DNA of 63,242 bases, filler included, from Intoshia linei (lineage: Eukaryota > Animalia > Orthonectida), in assembly GCA_001642005.1 (NCBI GenBank). It is 4 parts of 4 records of this genome, joined end to end, with 100 filler letters (N's around TTAATTAATTAA, not from the genome) between each part and the next. Parts side by side here need not be neighbours in the genome. Positions count along the whole stretch, not along the records: positions 25,571 to 46,901 come from LWCA01000653.1; 3 more parts are not named here. One strand, given 5' to 3'. The notes under the pieces are model-generated. The model was not told the DNA's origin. It did not search any database and saw only the letters and a list, made by a program, of their open reading frames with translations. The stretch's first letter is position 1. Each line of letters opens with the position of its first letter. This document shows, piece by piece, positions 29,701 through 42,600 of this stretch. A program made the translations under genes and the position numbers.

Positions 29701-32700
29701 GTTTTTAATGAATTTTATATATTAAAAATTAACAATTCAAGTTCAAGATTATTAACCGATATAAATCAATAAACTAAACTTGTGATTAAACATTAAAAAG
29801 TTAAAAATTTACAATTTAATAATGAGAGTTTATAAAGTTTAAAATAATGTTACACATTAGAATTAATTTGTAACATTGACGTAAAATGATGTAGTCTTAA
29901 TGACGTAATCAAAACAAAATTTAGGTAATCCTAGTTTTAAATAACTTAGTCACATTATTTTTTAAGGATTTTTAAATTAATGAAATATAAAAAAAAATTA
30001 ACTGTAACTTGTGGCAGGATTATACTAATAGGTAAAATGTAAAAATAATCTACATATTATTATTTATCATAATAATAATTAATTTTAATATTTTTTTTTT
30101 AGGCTTGGAGCCAAAAATAAAACTTTTTCTATTTTATATATAATACATTATATCTTTATTTTACATGTTGATAATATGTTAATAAATAAGTTAATTAATA
30201 TACAATGTACAATTTACATAACATTGGCAACTTATCCAACTACAATATAGTTACTACATGTAGTATTATTAAATTGTATTTCCCTCATTATAATATATTT
30301 CATAAATTTAGGATCTGCAAAATAGAATAGCATCTGAAAGATTTTTTAATCAAACAAAATTAAAATCGGGATTATTTAAATATTCAAATAGAACCTCTAC
30401 CTCTAAATTGATATATTCAAAAGAAAACGATATACAGCAACACGTTTTAAAATTTTTCTCAAGTAAGATTATTTATTTATATTTACTTATAAACCCAATT
30501 TATTGGTACTCGCCATAGTTTGCGGGATAATTGACTACTATGCAGATCACATAAATTTTTAAGGATAAGGCGGAATTACTCTGAAGCAAATGTATTTTCA
30601 AATACGTATGTATGATGAAACATATTCGTGAATTCTAGCGTTGAATCTATTTTACGACTATAAAGCACGATAATTGCTTAAATATAGAAAAATTAATAGT
30701 AAATTACAATTAACTGACCTAATAGTTGATAATTTTAAATTTGATCCCATAAAATCTGATATTTACTTTATTTGCATTTTTGCCCCTTCAAAGAAATAGT
30801 TTGATAGCCACTTAAGTAAATTATTTAATATGCATGATGATGTAAAAAAACAGACCTAAAATGGGTGAATTAGCTGCCTAACGGAAAATTTATTTCAATT
30901 TTAATAAATGAATTAACAATCTCAAATGTTTGTATACAAGATGGATTAAATTGCGCTGGTTTGATAATTATCTGTCATAAACAACTTGCATGTATTAATT
31001 TATAGTTTTAAAGTAGGGGTCGGCAACCTTTTGGATCTCGTGGGCCACTTTTTTATATCAAAAAATTCCATGGGCCCGTTTTTGAAAATTTACACATGAT
31101 AAATTTCAGTATTAAATGATTATAATGAGCCAATTTTAGTAGATAATGTTTAAAGCGGTGTTTAAAAGTTGAAAATTTTAAAAATAAATACTTTACATAT
31201 TTACTCAAATGGCCACTAAAATTGGTCACTGGTTGTCGACACCTGATTTAAAGTATTATTTATTAATTTGTAAAAATTTAGAAACTAAACAAAATTTTTA
31301 TGAAAACCAACTGACAACATTAAAAGAACAAAATGACGTACCTCAAATTGATTCAGAATTTTCAGCTAATGTAAAAATTCAAAATCTAAATTTTTTCCTT
31401 CAATCTTCAAATCAATACAGTAATTTTAATTATTATTTATGATTCAAAATTTGATCTGACTATGGACTATCTATCTATCTAAGTCTATCTGTCAATGCTA
31501 ATATTAGGCACAATAATTTTATATTTTTTCATAATATTTATGTGTCAATCCTTTTTGGAAAATTTTTGATTGAAAAATTTAAGTTTCTTGGTGACCAAGA
31601 TTTCATTTTGCAAATTTTCAAACAGCTAACCTCCCTCGGTCTATATCGAATAAAAATGATGGTTGAATGGTTCATACAAAATAATTCAATTTAAATATTT
31701 TTATAAAAATTAGACGACAAATATGTATTTGTTTGTATTCTCAAAGATAAAAATAGCTGCAATTTCTATGAAACAATGCCGCAAAGATGCAGAACAAACA
31801 AAGATAAAACCCAACAGGTCAGTTTCCCAGATACCTTAAACATTGATTTTGCCAAACGCGATATTGAATACCAAATTGATATTTACACATTGGTGATTTA
31901 TTTGCTTCTTTTTAAACACTAAATCTAAAAATATAAATGATTGTAACACGACACATATAATATATTAAATGGGGAATTACGGATTCATGAATTACCCTTT
32001 TATATTATATTAACATTTTAATAAATAGTATTATATATATTAATTAATATATTATAAATATTATATAAAATTATTTAAAGTACATTTTTTTAATTTTTCG
32101 TTGAAAATTGGAATTTTTAAAAAATAATATTAATCTTTTCAATCTTATTAATTAGTTTACTGTGCCAGCAAATTTATTAAATAAGTCAATATTTACCAAA
32201 AAATCGCGAAGCATCAGCACAGAAAACTTAAAAACTAACAATGGATTTACTCAAATTGGTACAGCTACAATTAACTTGTCAAACTGTCAATGCGATTCAT
32301 ATCCCATAGAAAAAGTAATGTATTAAATTTACATTTAAAATATTATTTAGACAACAAATAGCAACATATTAAAATCAAACATTTATCTGACATTTGAAAC
32401 TCTTGTATATTCAAATATTAATTACGCCTCAGACTTGGTAAATATTTTCAAAATTTAAATTTCACAAAACTTTAGAATCATTTATATAACCGGGACATAA
32501 CAAATTGTACCAATAAATGGGTACGTGGAGGTGGTCGTATAGAAGAATTTAGTATTGTTTTCAAATGCAATTCAAATCATTTAATCGAGAATGATGTAAT
32601 TTTTATGTTTATAATAATCTGTAAATTTACATTTTATTTCATTTAGAAATCCAGAATTGAATTGAACTTAAAAGATTGTGTAAACACGGTAGTTGGTAAT

Positions 32701-32973
32701 ATCGATATGGCTCGTCGATATGCTTTCAATTTGGATATCAATCAAAATGATACTATTCAGAGGTAATTATATACACGTAAAATTTTCTATTTTTTTACAT
32801 TTCATATAAATTATTTAATATTATTTTATATTCATAAATAATTATTACCTTAATTATTACTCTGTATTGATACATTTAGTTATCTATTTGCAGCGGATAA
32901 TGAATTAGATTACCAGACTTGGTTATCACATATAAATAATTGCCTCAAATATTTAAAATATTGGAAATTGTAA
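26714..32973 (+). CDS. ANLN: Anillin-like protein (RBD/C2 anillin-homology + PH); exons 26714-27453, 27497-27563, 30312-30462, 31282-31419, 31714-31892, 32156-32314, 32351-32437, 32476-32595, 32647-32762, 32880-32973; true 5' end uncertain
   Basis: SANVKIQNLNFFL, YVFVCILK...VSFPDTLNIDFAKRDIEYQIDIYTL and FTQIGTATINL (anillin-homology C2); IELNLKDC...ARRYAFNL...YLFAADNELDYQTWLSHINNCLKYLKYW (PH). Splice phases are consistent. Confidence 0.72.
31014..31245 (+). mobile_element. hAT MITE family B in anillin intron
   Basis: TAGGGGTCGGCAACC...GGTTGTCGACACCTG with near-TSD ttttaaag/atttaaag. Confidence 0.75.
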
Positions 32974-33397
32974 TGATAAAACAGAATAAATATTTTTTTG
33001 TATATTTTTGTTGATATTTCAATATTTTTTGTAAATTAGTTTAAATTTCATGGAATATTACCTGTCATGTATAAATAAAAATTGCGCCATTTATATAAAC
33101 AATGCAACATGGTTGTTAAATTTATCAATTTTTTTTAATTTTGATTTTTTAATGCTCTAAACTTAAATGTACATTATATATAATATTATTCACAAGTAAT
33201 TTAAATTTATATATAAAAAATTACCAATTGATAAAATTAATTTTGATTTAAACCAACTCTTATTCCAATTTCTAAACAATAATAAATTTAAATTCCATGG
33301 AATATTACCTGTGCATGTGAATTCCATATTGCGCTATTTTTTAAATATTTTTAATTTTTCAATTTCAAAATTTAACAAATTGAAATTAAAACTAAAT

Positions 33398-36373
33398 ATG
33401 ATGCACAAATACATGTGTTGCAATCGATGTTACGTGAAATTTGAAGGAGCACAGCAAATGTTCATTACAAACTGTGGACACATTTTTTGTTCCAATTGTT
33501 TAGAAAATTGTAATTTTTTATGTCATTTATTTAAAAGTTTTAGTCGTTTCAGAGTGCATTTTAGTATGTTTATTTAATTATTGGTGTTTTATCTAAAGCC
33601 CCATGTTATTAATATGTATTTATAGCTATTTTACTCAATAATGTGTTTTAATTACTCCCTAGTAAGTTTTATTTTGAGTGTTTTTCAATGAGAAAAATTA
33701 AGAACAATCTTAAATGCTCAGTAAACTATAGTAAACATTTTTAGTTAACACCCAATAAATATAATATGTTTACTATTTTATTACATGTCTAATGTTACAT
33801 GTGCGCCAAAATTTTTTGACTGGCTTCCTGTACGACCAATAGAAAAAATGTTTAAAAACACTGCGTTAAGCTATCAACAGTATCGTTTAATTCTGACCAT
33901 TCATTTTCAAATTTTTTTAACAAACATTAATAAAAGTAAATTAGAATAGTCTCCTAAATATCAATAATTTTTTTATATTTTATTGCAATTTTTTGTTGAG
34001 ATTATTCATAATTACATAACATCAGTTAAAATATACATATTTATTAAGAAATTTGCGCAATAATTTAATACGAAATGAAATGAGAGTGTTTTATAATCGT
34101 GTCATATTTGGTAAAAGTGGAGTTTTCCCTTAAGGGTTGGTAAATTGAATTTTTATTTTTAAAGATAGTAAAATTAGATTTTTTTTCTTAAGGTTGGAAA
34201 ACTGGAATTTTCCTTTAAGAGTTGGTAAAACTGGATTTTTCGTTTTAGAGTTGGTAAAACTGGAATTTTCCTTTAAGAGTTGGTAAAACTAGATTTTTCT
34301 TCTTAGAGTTGGAAAACTGGAAATTTCCCTTAAAGTTTGGTAAATTGAATTTTTGTTTTTACTGTTGAAAAAATAGAATTTTCCCCTAAGGGTTGGCACC
34401 TTTTGAATTTTAGTAAAAATTTTGATTCATATAAGCATCATTGAATGTGAAACCATTAAGGGTCGATAAATTTTGATTTTTAGTAAAAATAATTTGAATT
34501 TAATGGTTGGATTTTAGTAAAAATAGAATAAATAATTTGTAAAAATAAGTAATTCTTATACACACATGTATTACGTGTGTGTTAACTTATTATTCTTATT
34601 AATTAAAAAATTGTATAATTATTTTGTTGAAATGCACTATAGCCCTGCAATTAAAAAAAACTCAATTTCTAATACAGTTTGTCGAGAGTGATACAAATTG
34701 TATCCTCAGAAATTGACACCTACAGAGGCAAAAGCTAAACATTACATATCATATATTTAGGTGACACATCTAAATGTTTTGTTTGTTATGCTGTGGGACC
34801 AGTTACAATGAAAATTAATGATAAGGTAAATTAGACAATTAAAGGTATTCTATATAATTAAAGGTCACCTGTTGATTCTGAAATAACACTTATATTTAAG
34901 AATTCCTACTTTCATTAAATTTTAACACTTTTAAATTGTTTATTTCTAGCGTCCCTTTTTAGATTACTATCGGTTTTCTTTGGAGTTATTAAAAAAATTT
35001 CATAAATTATCTTTTTAATCTTAAAATTAAGTATTTTTCTTTGTGATTTTTAATCCAATATTTCCATTTGTCTTTAGTAAAATGTTGACATGACCCTTTA
35101 AGAACCGTGTGTGTACTTAAAATAACATTAATCTAATCTAAAATTTATATTTTAGATGAATGTGGATGTATTAAAATTGTTTTTCGATACAAAATGCATA
35201 TTTAAAAATTTTTTTTCAGCCAACGACAATGTAATTTTTTAATTTGATTTACATAGTTAATAATGCATTATTAAAAATAATGCTAAATGTTCCTAGCTCG
35301 AGTTTCGCAAATCTAAAATAGGTTTCTAAAAATACATTAAATATTTTTTAAGTGATTCATTAGGTAAATTAGGCCTTCCGCACTACACAGTGCACTGAAG
35401 TATACATATAAGTTATAATATACGCACAATTTAAGTATTTCAGAGCAACTTATTTTAATTTTAAAACGTAAAAATAATATGAATAAATTTATTTATATAA
35501 TATTTTTCTATACACACGGCAGATATTTTCGTTTCAAGAGGAACAAATGAAGATTTTTCTAAATTCGATTGATAAATTAGTAAATTTAAATGATAAATTA
35601 AAATAATATGAAACACTTAGAATCAAAAATACGAAACAAATATGAAAAAATTGATAATGGAATACAAAAAGATGGCAAAAAAATATAAGGACTTGAAATT
35701 GTAATTTTTAAGTCAAAAATAAAAAAATATCACCATTTAGAGAAACGGGAGAATTACGAAAAGAAAATTTCATGTTGATGGAGAATGTAAAAAAATAAAA
35801 AATTAATTAAAATTTACAATGTAGAAACATACTCCTCAAAAATATTACAAGCAAGTCAGGTTAAAATTTAAATAAGTCAAATTTATTTTATACATTTTAA
35901 AAGATAGATCAACACCCTATCATAAAAAAGAAAATATTGCTCACAGAGCGGCAAGTCGTGTTTATTTTGGAGAGTAATTTTTGTTAATATAATTATATTT
36001 ATTATTCACAGTAGACGTTCCAAGCAAGTTTCTCAGATTGACGATTCCTTTGAAGTAATAAATTATTAAATGTTTAGGTTTTATTGGTTATTTTACAAAA
36101 ATATATTCGAGATCATAGATTAAAAAAGTTTTTAAAAAAGTAAAAAATATAAAAAAAAAATTTGAGTCAAGAATTAAGCTATTCAACCAATGCTTTAATA
36201 TTTGAGAAAAAATGATTTTAAATGTATCAACTTGAATTATAAATATATTTTTATTTTCAATTGTAGAATATAAAGAGTCCAAATCGATTAAGTCGTATTT
36301 CTATCAGTTCCAAATGTAATTTTAATTTTTAAACATCTGTAACCACCATTTAGATAATTCATTTATACAATAA
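33398..36373 (+). CDS. RNF212: RNF212/ZHP-3/Zip3-family meiotic crossover RING + coiled-coil protein (~11 exons)
   Basis: CCNRC...MFITNCGHIFCSNCLEN|CDTSKCFVC...KINDK|MNVDVLKLFFD...IFSFQEEQ, then a coiled coil and an S/R-rich tail. Matches the RNF212/RNF212B architecture. Confidence 0.82.
34110..34396 (+). repeat. ~29-bp minisatellite (~10 copies) in RNF212 intron 1
   Basis: Unit GGTAAAACTGGAATTTTCCTTTAAGAGTT and variants. A decayed inverted relative lies at ~39660-39870. Confidence 0.8.
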
Positions 36374-36658
36374 AATAAAAATTACCTACACATGTATTCT
36401 TTAATTTTAATCGTAGCGAATATCGTTTCAGTTTCAACGGGTCGTGTAATTGTTTGTCTATTAGCAAAATCATAATTTAAATCTAATTTAATAAGACACT
36501 TTTTATTTAAGGAAATAAAAAATAAAAAGGAACGTAAAAATATTAGTAGTCTCATGAAATATATTACCTAGATTACTTAAAATATTGAGTAAACATTGAT
36601 TTTAATCTAATCTTTAAATTTACAGCTTTATAAAATTTCTATTAATTTTATTCACAAA

Positions 36659-39600
36659 TTATACAAAATTTAAAATTCTAAGTATTTTGTTTAAATTCAT
36701 TTTCATCTTTTTAAACATAATTGTATATGATTTTAAAGTGTTTGTTGTAGAGCTTAAATGCTCAAGTTCACAGTCGGTTATAGATTGAACCATCTTTTCT
36801 AGTTTTTCAACTTTTAGGATTATTAACTCATCAGATTTATTATTCTACGAATGATTTAGTTTTAATTAAAAGCTTAATACCTTAATATCCATCACACTCA
36901 ATTCAATATACATACACATGACATCTTGAACCTTGCTTTTTTTTAATGTGAAATTATTCATGGAATATTTTATCAAATTTAAACATTTTGTAGCCATATC
37001 GAAATCACCTAAATTTTTTTAAGTACATAAAATGAAAATGTCATATTTACATGTACAGATGGCTTTGTAAGCAATGTCATCAAAGAAATGTTGGAAAACT
37101 TTGGATTCGTTTCGTGCATCTATATAATTGTTGACTGCAACGTAAAAATTTCCTTTATTTAGTGCCTTTGTAGCCTACAAATTAAAAATTTAACCATAAA
37201 GAGAAAAAATGTAGTATTTAACTTTAAATTAGTTTATTTTCGATAAAACTTTCATAATTTCATTTCATAAAACAAATTAAATATGGAAAAAAATCTTTCT
37301 GAATTTTTGATGGGCTCGATATGAATTGGCTTGTAGGAAATTTTTAAATGTTACCGCATCAATAACAATACGTATCATTTGTAAAATGTATTTTGTTGGG
37401 CTACGATAACTATTCAATATTAAGGGGTTTCGATACAATTAAAAAGTTTACACCCAGTAGGTATACTCAATTTTTAAGATTAAATCAAAATGTTTACCTT
37501 TAAATTAAAAATTTTTTCTTTGGAGATACCAAGCCTATCAGCAATGTACCTTTCTTGATGATTTAACTGAACAGACACATCACAATTTCTTAAAATGACA
37601 TCTTCAACTGAAAAATCGACATATTGACTATCTCCAATAGAAAGTAACACAAAAATAGACTGAGGCCAGTAATGAAAATGTTCAAGTTGTGCGGCGAAAT
37701 TTGTATAAATAATTGACAAATTTTCCAAAGAAATCGTGTTTGGATATAAAACGTTTATAATAAAGACTTGAAAGAAAATGATAGAATAATCAAAAACACA
37801 TTCATGTTTGTGTGATAATTGCTGACAAAAATAATCATTTAATATTGTTTTACGAACCGATTCATCATTACTAGCCACATACAGAATCAATAAAAAAGAG
37901 CTGTTTCGAAAAATGTTATAACTAGAATTTAACCCTTTCAAAGTTTCAAATTTAGGAAAGCCTGAAATATTGAAAATATCAAAATATTCTTGAACAGTAA
38001 ATTTTACATTCGCATCACAAGTCAATCTGAGTAGCAAAGAAAAAATGTTGGACCAATTAATGGATTCAATCAATTCATGTGGGATTACATCGTTTTCCTC
38101 TCTGTCGTATAAATTGAAAATTGTGAGCATTAATTTATATTCATCATCAATGTAAGATGATACGCCAGTCACATTCCACGTGGTGAATAAATCTTTGAGA
38201 TTGCATACAGCCTCCTCATTTTCCATTGATGCAATCATTAGAGCCAATCTAACATTTCCCATTTCATAACATTTTCTGCAAGCCTCTTCCATATCGTTAT
38301 CCAAAATACAACAAAATACATGATTGTAGTCATAATCGAGCAAATATTTAGCAGGTACGTTTTTTTGAATTTTTTTCAACCAATCAATCAATTTATCCTT
38401 GAAATTCAAACTCTTCAAATAACTAAAATGCGGATTTTTTGACACCAAACCAATCAATTCAAAAACCCCTTGAAATTCCAAGATATACGGTATTTCTTTT
38501 CCGAAATTAACACAAGTCTCCAATATTAAATTAAATTTTTCTGGTGAATCTTGAAAATTAAAAATTCCAATTTTATTGACCAATTTATCAATCAAATGTA
38601 CACAATTTTCATAACTAATGAAACTGTCCGACTTTGATAAATCATAAATACAAATGTTGTACGTTTTTTCATTTAGTATTGGTTTAATTATCGAATTTCC
38701 AGCGTTGTTGAAACAAAAACAAGAGCTCTCTTCATTCATTGATTCCAATTGAATATTATATAACGCATTATCTTTGTACTGGTCATTCATTTCCATTGTA
38801 CATGATTCTAAAATTTCACTTATTTCTTCATCGTCAAATTCTGCAGTTTTATCCAAATCGTTCACATCAGCTACATAATATTAAAAAATAAATTAAAATG
38901 TAATGTTTACCAAGTTCTGAATCTTTCATACCATTTTCACGGTTAAAATTTACGTAAGTCTGGTCTGATAAATTCATCGATTGGTTTTTTGTATCGTCTA
39001 ATTTGGCACCAAAATTTGTTATAGTTGAATCGGAATCAAATTCATTTTCAGATGTACAGTCGTTCTTTTTAAACTTTTTTATTGGATTCTTAAAATTTAT
39101 TTAAAACAAATTACAAATGTATTACATTTTCAGTGTAAATTAAATCGTCTTTTATTCCATAGGTGCTAAAATGGTTTACTTCAAAAACCCATGTTCCAGT
39201 TTTTACACGGTAGTCTATAAATTTTGCGTTCATACTCTCACAATTATTTTTTAATGTCAAAGACCATTGCATTTTTTCTAATAAATCTGGATTCTAAATT
39301 GATAATTCAATACTATAAATATGTGCTTTCAAATAAGATTAGTCGCGATAAGGAATCATATTTTGCGTTATAAGTCTTTTTAAATATTACTATTAATTAT
39401 AAGTATTTTTTAAATTACTGGAATGGATTGGAGAATTTTAACTGTCCCTTGGGTCCATGTAAAATATTAAATGAAATATATTAAATTAATAAATTATCAA
39501 TTTTTAGTGGTCCATGACCAAATGTGTTACAGTTGTCAGATTTTGTGGTTTTATCCCAAATCTTAGACGACCGCTAAAATATTATTTTAAAAACCCAGCT

Positions 39601-42600
39601 TTTATTCCACTATTAATGATATTTAATAAAAAATGCCATTTCAAGCCCTGTATGTAAAAATACCCTTATGATTTTACAAAATACCTTTTAATCCAACTAG
39701 AAAAAATAAAACTCCAATTTTACCAACCCGTAAGCCTTAAGTCAAGGGAAAATCTCTTTTACTACATTTTTTGGAAACCTTTGATTACGAGAAAAAAATA
39801 TTAATCCAACTACAAAATAAAAAAACAAAATTTAGCAACCATGAATGAAAAATCCATTTTTCCGAGTACTGAATTCTAAACATTAAAAATTTGTGAGACA
39901 CAAAGCGTCATCGTATTTAGTTCATATTTTACAAATTAGTCATTTATATATTAAAAAAAAGTGCTGGGACCAGCAAATCGACCACCTTGTCCATGACGAA
40001 AAAAGATTGACGTCCTCTCATAATTCAATTTAAAATTCATAATTACCTTAATTATTTTTGAAGATTGCGCATCTTTAGGCCAGACACAATCTAAAGTAAC
40101 TTGAGCTCTTTTGTTGATCCCTTCTCCTACTTCCGGTTTGCAATCAAAATCAGGATAAACTGTCAATATTTTGTCACCAAATATAACTAAAATTATAATT
40201 ATAATCGGTTGACTAAATTCAGATTCATCTATATGAGAAAAACAAAAACAATTTTTCAAATTAGTACATTTTTTAATTAATAAATGAACAGTAGGTACTA
40301 ATGATTAGGGTGGAGGTTAGCAACCAGTGGCCCACATAATACTTTCGGTGGTCATTTAATTAAATATGTAAATTATTTATTTTTAAACTTTAAAACACAA
40401 TTTTAAACGTTTTCTACTATAATTGGCTCATTATAATCATTTTAATACTCAATTTTCAGATCGTCCCAGATTTTGTTTTGTTGAATATACTAGAAAATTT
40501 CTCTTAAGTTAAAATTGAAATCTATCATGAGCAAATTTTCAAAAACAGGGCCCATATAATTTTTTAGTATAAAAAATTGACCCACGATATGCAAAAGGTT
40601 ACTGACCCCTGGATTAGGGTGTCACACATATACGTTTGGTGTTTTCATAAAAAATATAATTTAACCAAGAAAATAAAATTGACTTTTGTTTTAAAAAATC
40701 GACTTAACAATTTGAAAAAGGGCTTTATGTACTGAAAATGTCCATAATATTTTGGCTAAAAGCCACAATAATAAAGATAGAAATTAATTTTAAAAAATCA
40801 AGTGTACACCCTAATATGGTAAAGAACCAAATGCACTATAGTCATAGAAATAACTAAAGTAAAATTTAAGTAATTTAGTAAATTTAATTTAGTTTCAATT
40901 TTTTATTAATATTTTTATGAGAATGTTAATATGGTATGAGCAACTCGCATAAGCATTTGTTTTTAAAATAAATACAATGATTATATTGATATTTTATGAA
41001 TACACCAAACCACAATTCCACAATACGCCAAAGAAATTGCCAAATTTTCGAAAAAATGTAACATCCTAATAATAAACATAAAGACATTTTGTTAATGCAC
41101 TATGCACCTGTATCGCAGAGAATATATAGTATTCAATAAAATTAATGACCAGCGGGCATATACTCATTAGGGTGTTAATTTTTTGATCGAATTTTAGTTA
41201 TTAAATAAATACATAACCGTACGGTATAAGAAATGCAATAAAAATAACATCTGCCGTGTTTGTTTTTAATATTATTACAAAAACATCGGCCTGCTCTGCA
41301 ATTTAAAAATACCCATAATATTTTGAACTGAAATTTATTATTATATTATTTTTTATGATTATTATTAATTTCAAGTCGATTAACGGTGTCATTATCTAAT
41401 TTACCGTCAATGAATGTAACCGATCTAATTTTTTTAGGCATTTGAAAGTATTTATGGTACTGTCGTTACTTAACCCCGTAAAGAATCTGAGAATTTTAAT
41501 AAATAAATTTTTTTAATAGAAGTGAAAAGGTTGCTCTTTAGGAGTGAATTCTACGGTAGAATACATAACAGTGAAAAAATATACATATGATGCAACAAAC
41601 TTTTTTAAATGTATCATTATGATACAACTTACAACCATACAACTTGTAGGGGTCCAACAGTTACGAATTTGGCTTCCTTAAAATTTCATCAACCTTATAC
41701 CCGTGTTGTATAATTTCTGTGAGATAATATATACGAATTACAGTTTTGTCAAAAATGTTGCTTCTCAAAGATATCTACATGATGCTAACCTATACTTCTG
41801 TCAACCTTTATGTACACATTTATTGAGGGTTATTTTTATTTTAGATAGAATATGAGCTGAGTTTTATTAAGTGATTTATGTTAATTATAAATACATTTAT
41901 ATTATTTTGACACAAAAAAAATTTTTAGCAATTACTGTCATTTTAGCAAATCATTAATTAGACCCATTTTAATTTTTTTCGCAGGGAGGTAAGATTGTTG
42001 TCAATAGAAATGACGATTTAAATAAATAATATAAACATAATGGGAAAATAAAAAAATAATGGCAAGGTAACACAATGTAAATCTTATTTATGAAAACTAT
42101 TTCCTTTGAGCAGGCCGATGTTTTTCAAAATGTAGGCTTAACGAATGATACCACCGTTCTTAGAATTTTTTCCTTATCCTGTATAATCCTGGATTTTTGT
42201 TCTTAGAAAAAAGTTAACACCCTAATACTCATACTTATTGTTATTATAAATAAATAATTTTAAACTTTACTTATTTCATCGATATTCAAATTGCTGACAT
42301 CAGTATCTCCGTAAAACATGACAGAACCATACCCTATTCGGACAACAGTGAAATTATTAACAATACATTTGTTATTCTCATCTAATGCTAGTGCGTCAAG
42401 TCTGGGTTCACTAAAATAGTCTTCTCTTGTGCAGATAAACACGGGTGTATCCGACATACTGATAGTTTTACTAATACTGTTGTCGATGGATTTGTGCAAT
42501 TTAATTGAGTTTTCCAAGAGTGTATCTTTATCAGAAATAGATTGAGTCAAATTGAATTTATCCATATTAGAATTTTGAGTAGTACTTTTTTCAATAGGTA

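Noticed and set aside
34110-34396. CRISPR-like appearance of the 29-bp repeats
   Set aside because: Tandem degenerate units with no unique spacers, in a eukaryotic intron with no cas genes.
34643-34727. Possible extra RNF212 exon
   Set aside because: Needs a GC donor and contains an in-frame stop; skipping it gives a canonical RING.
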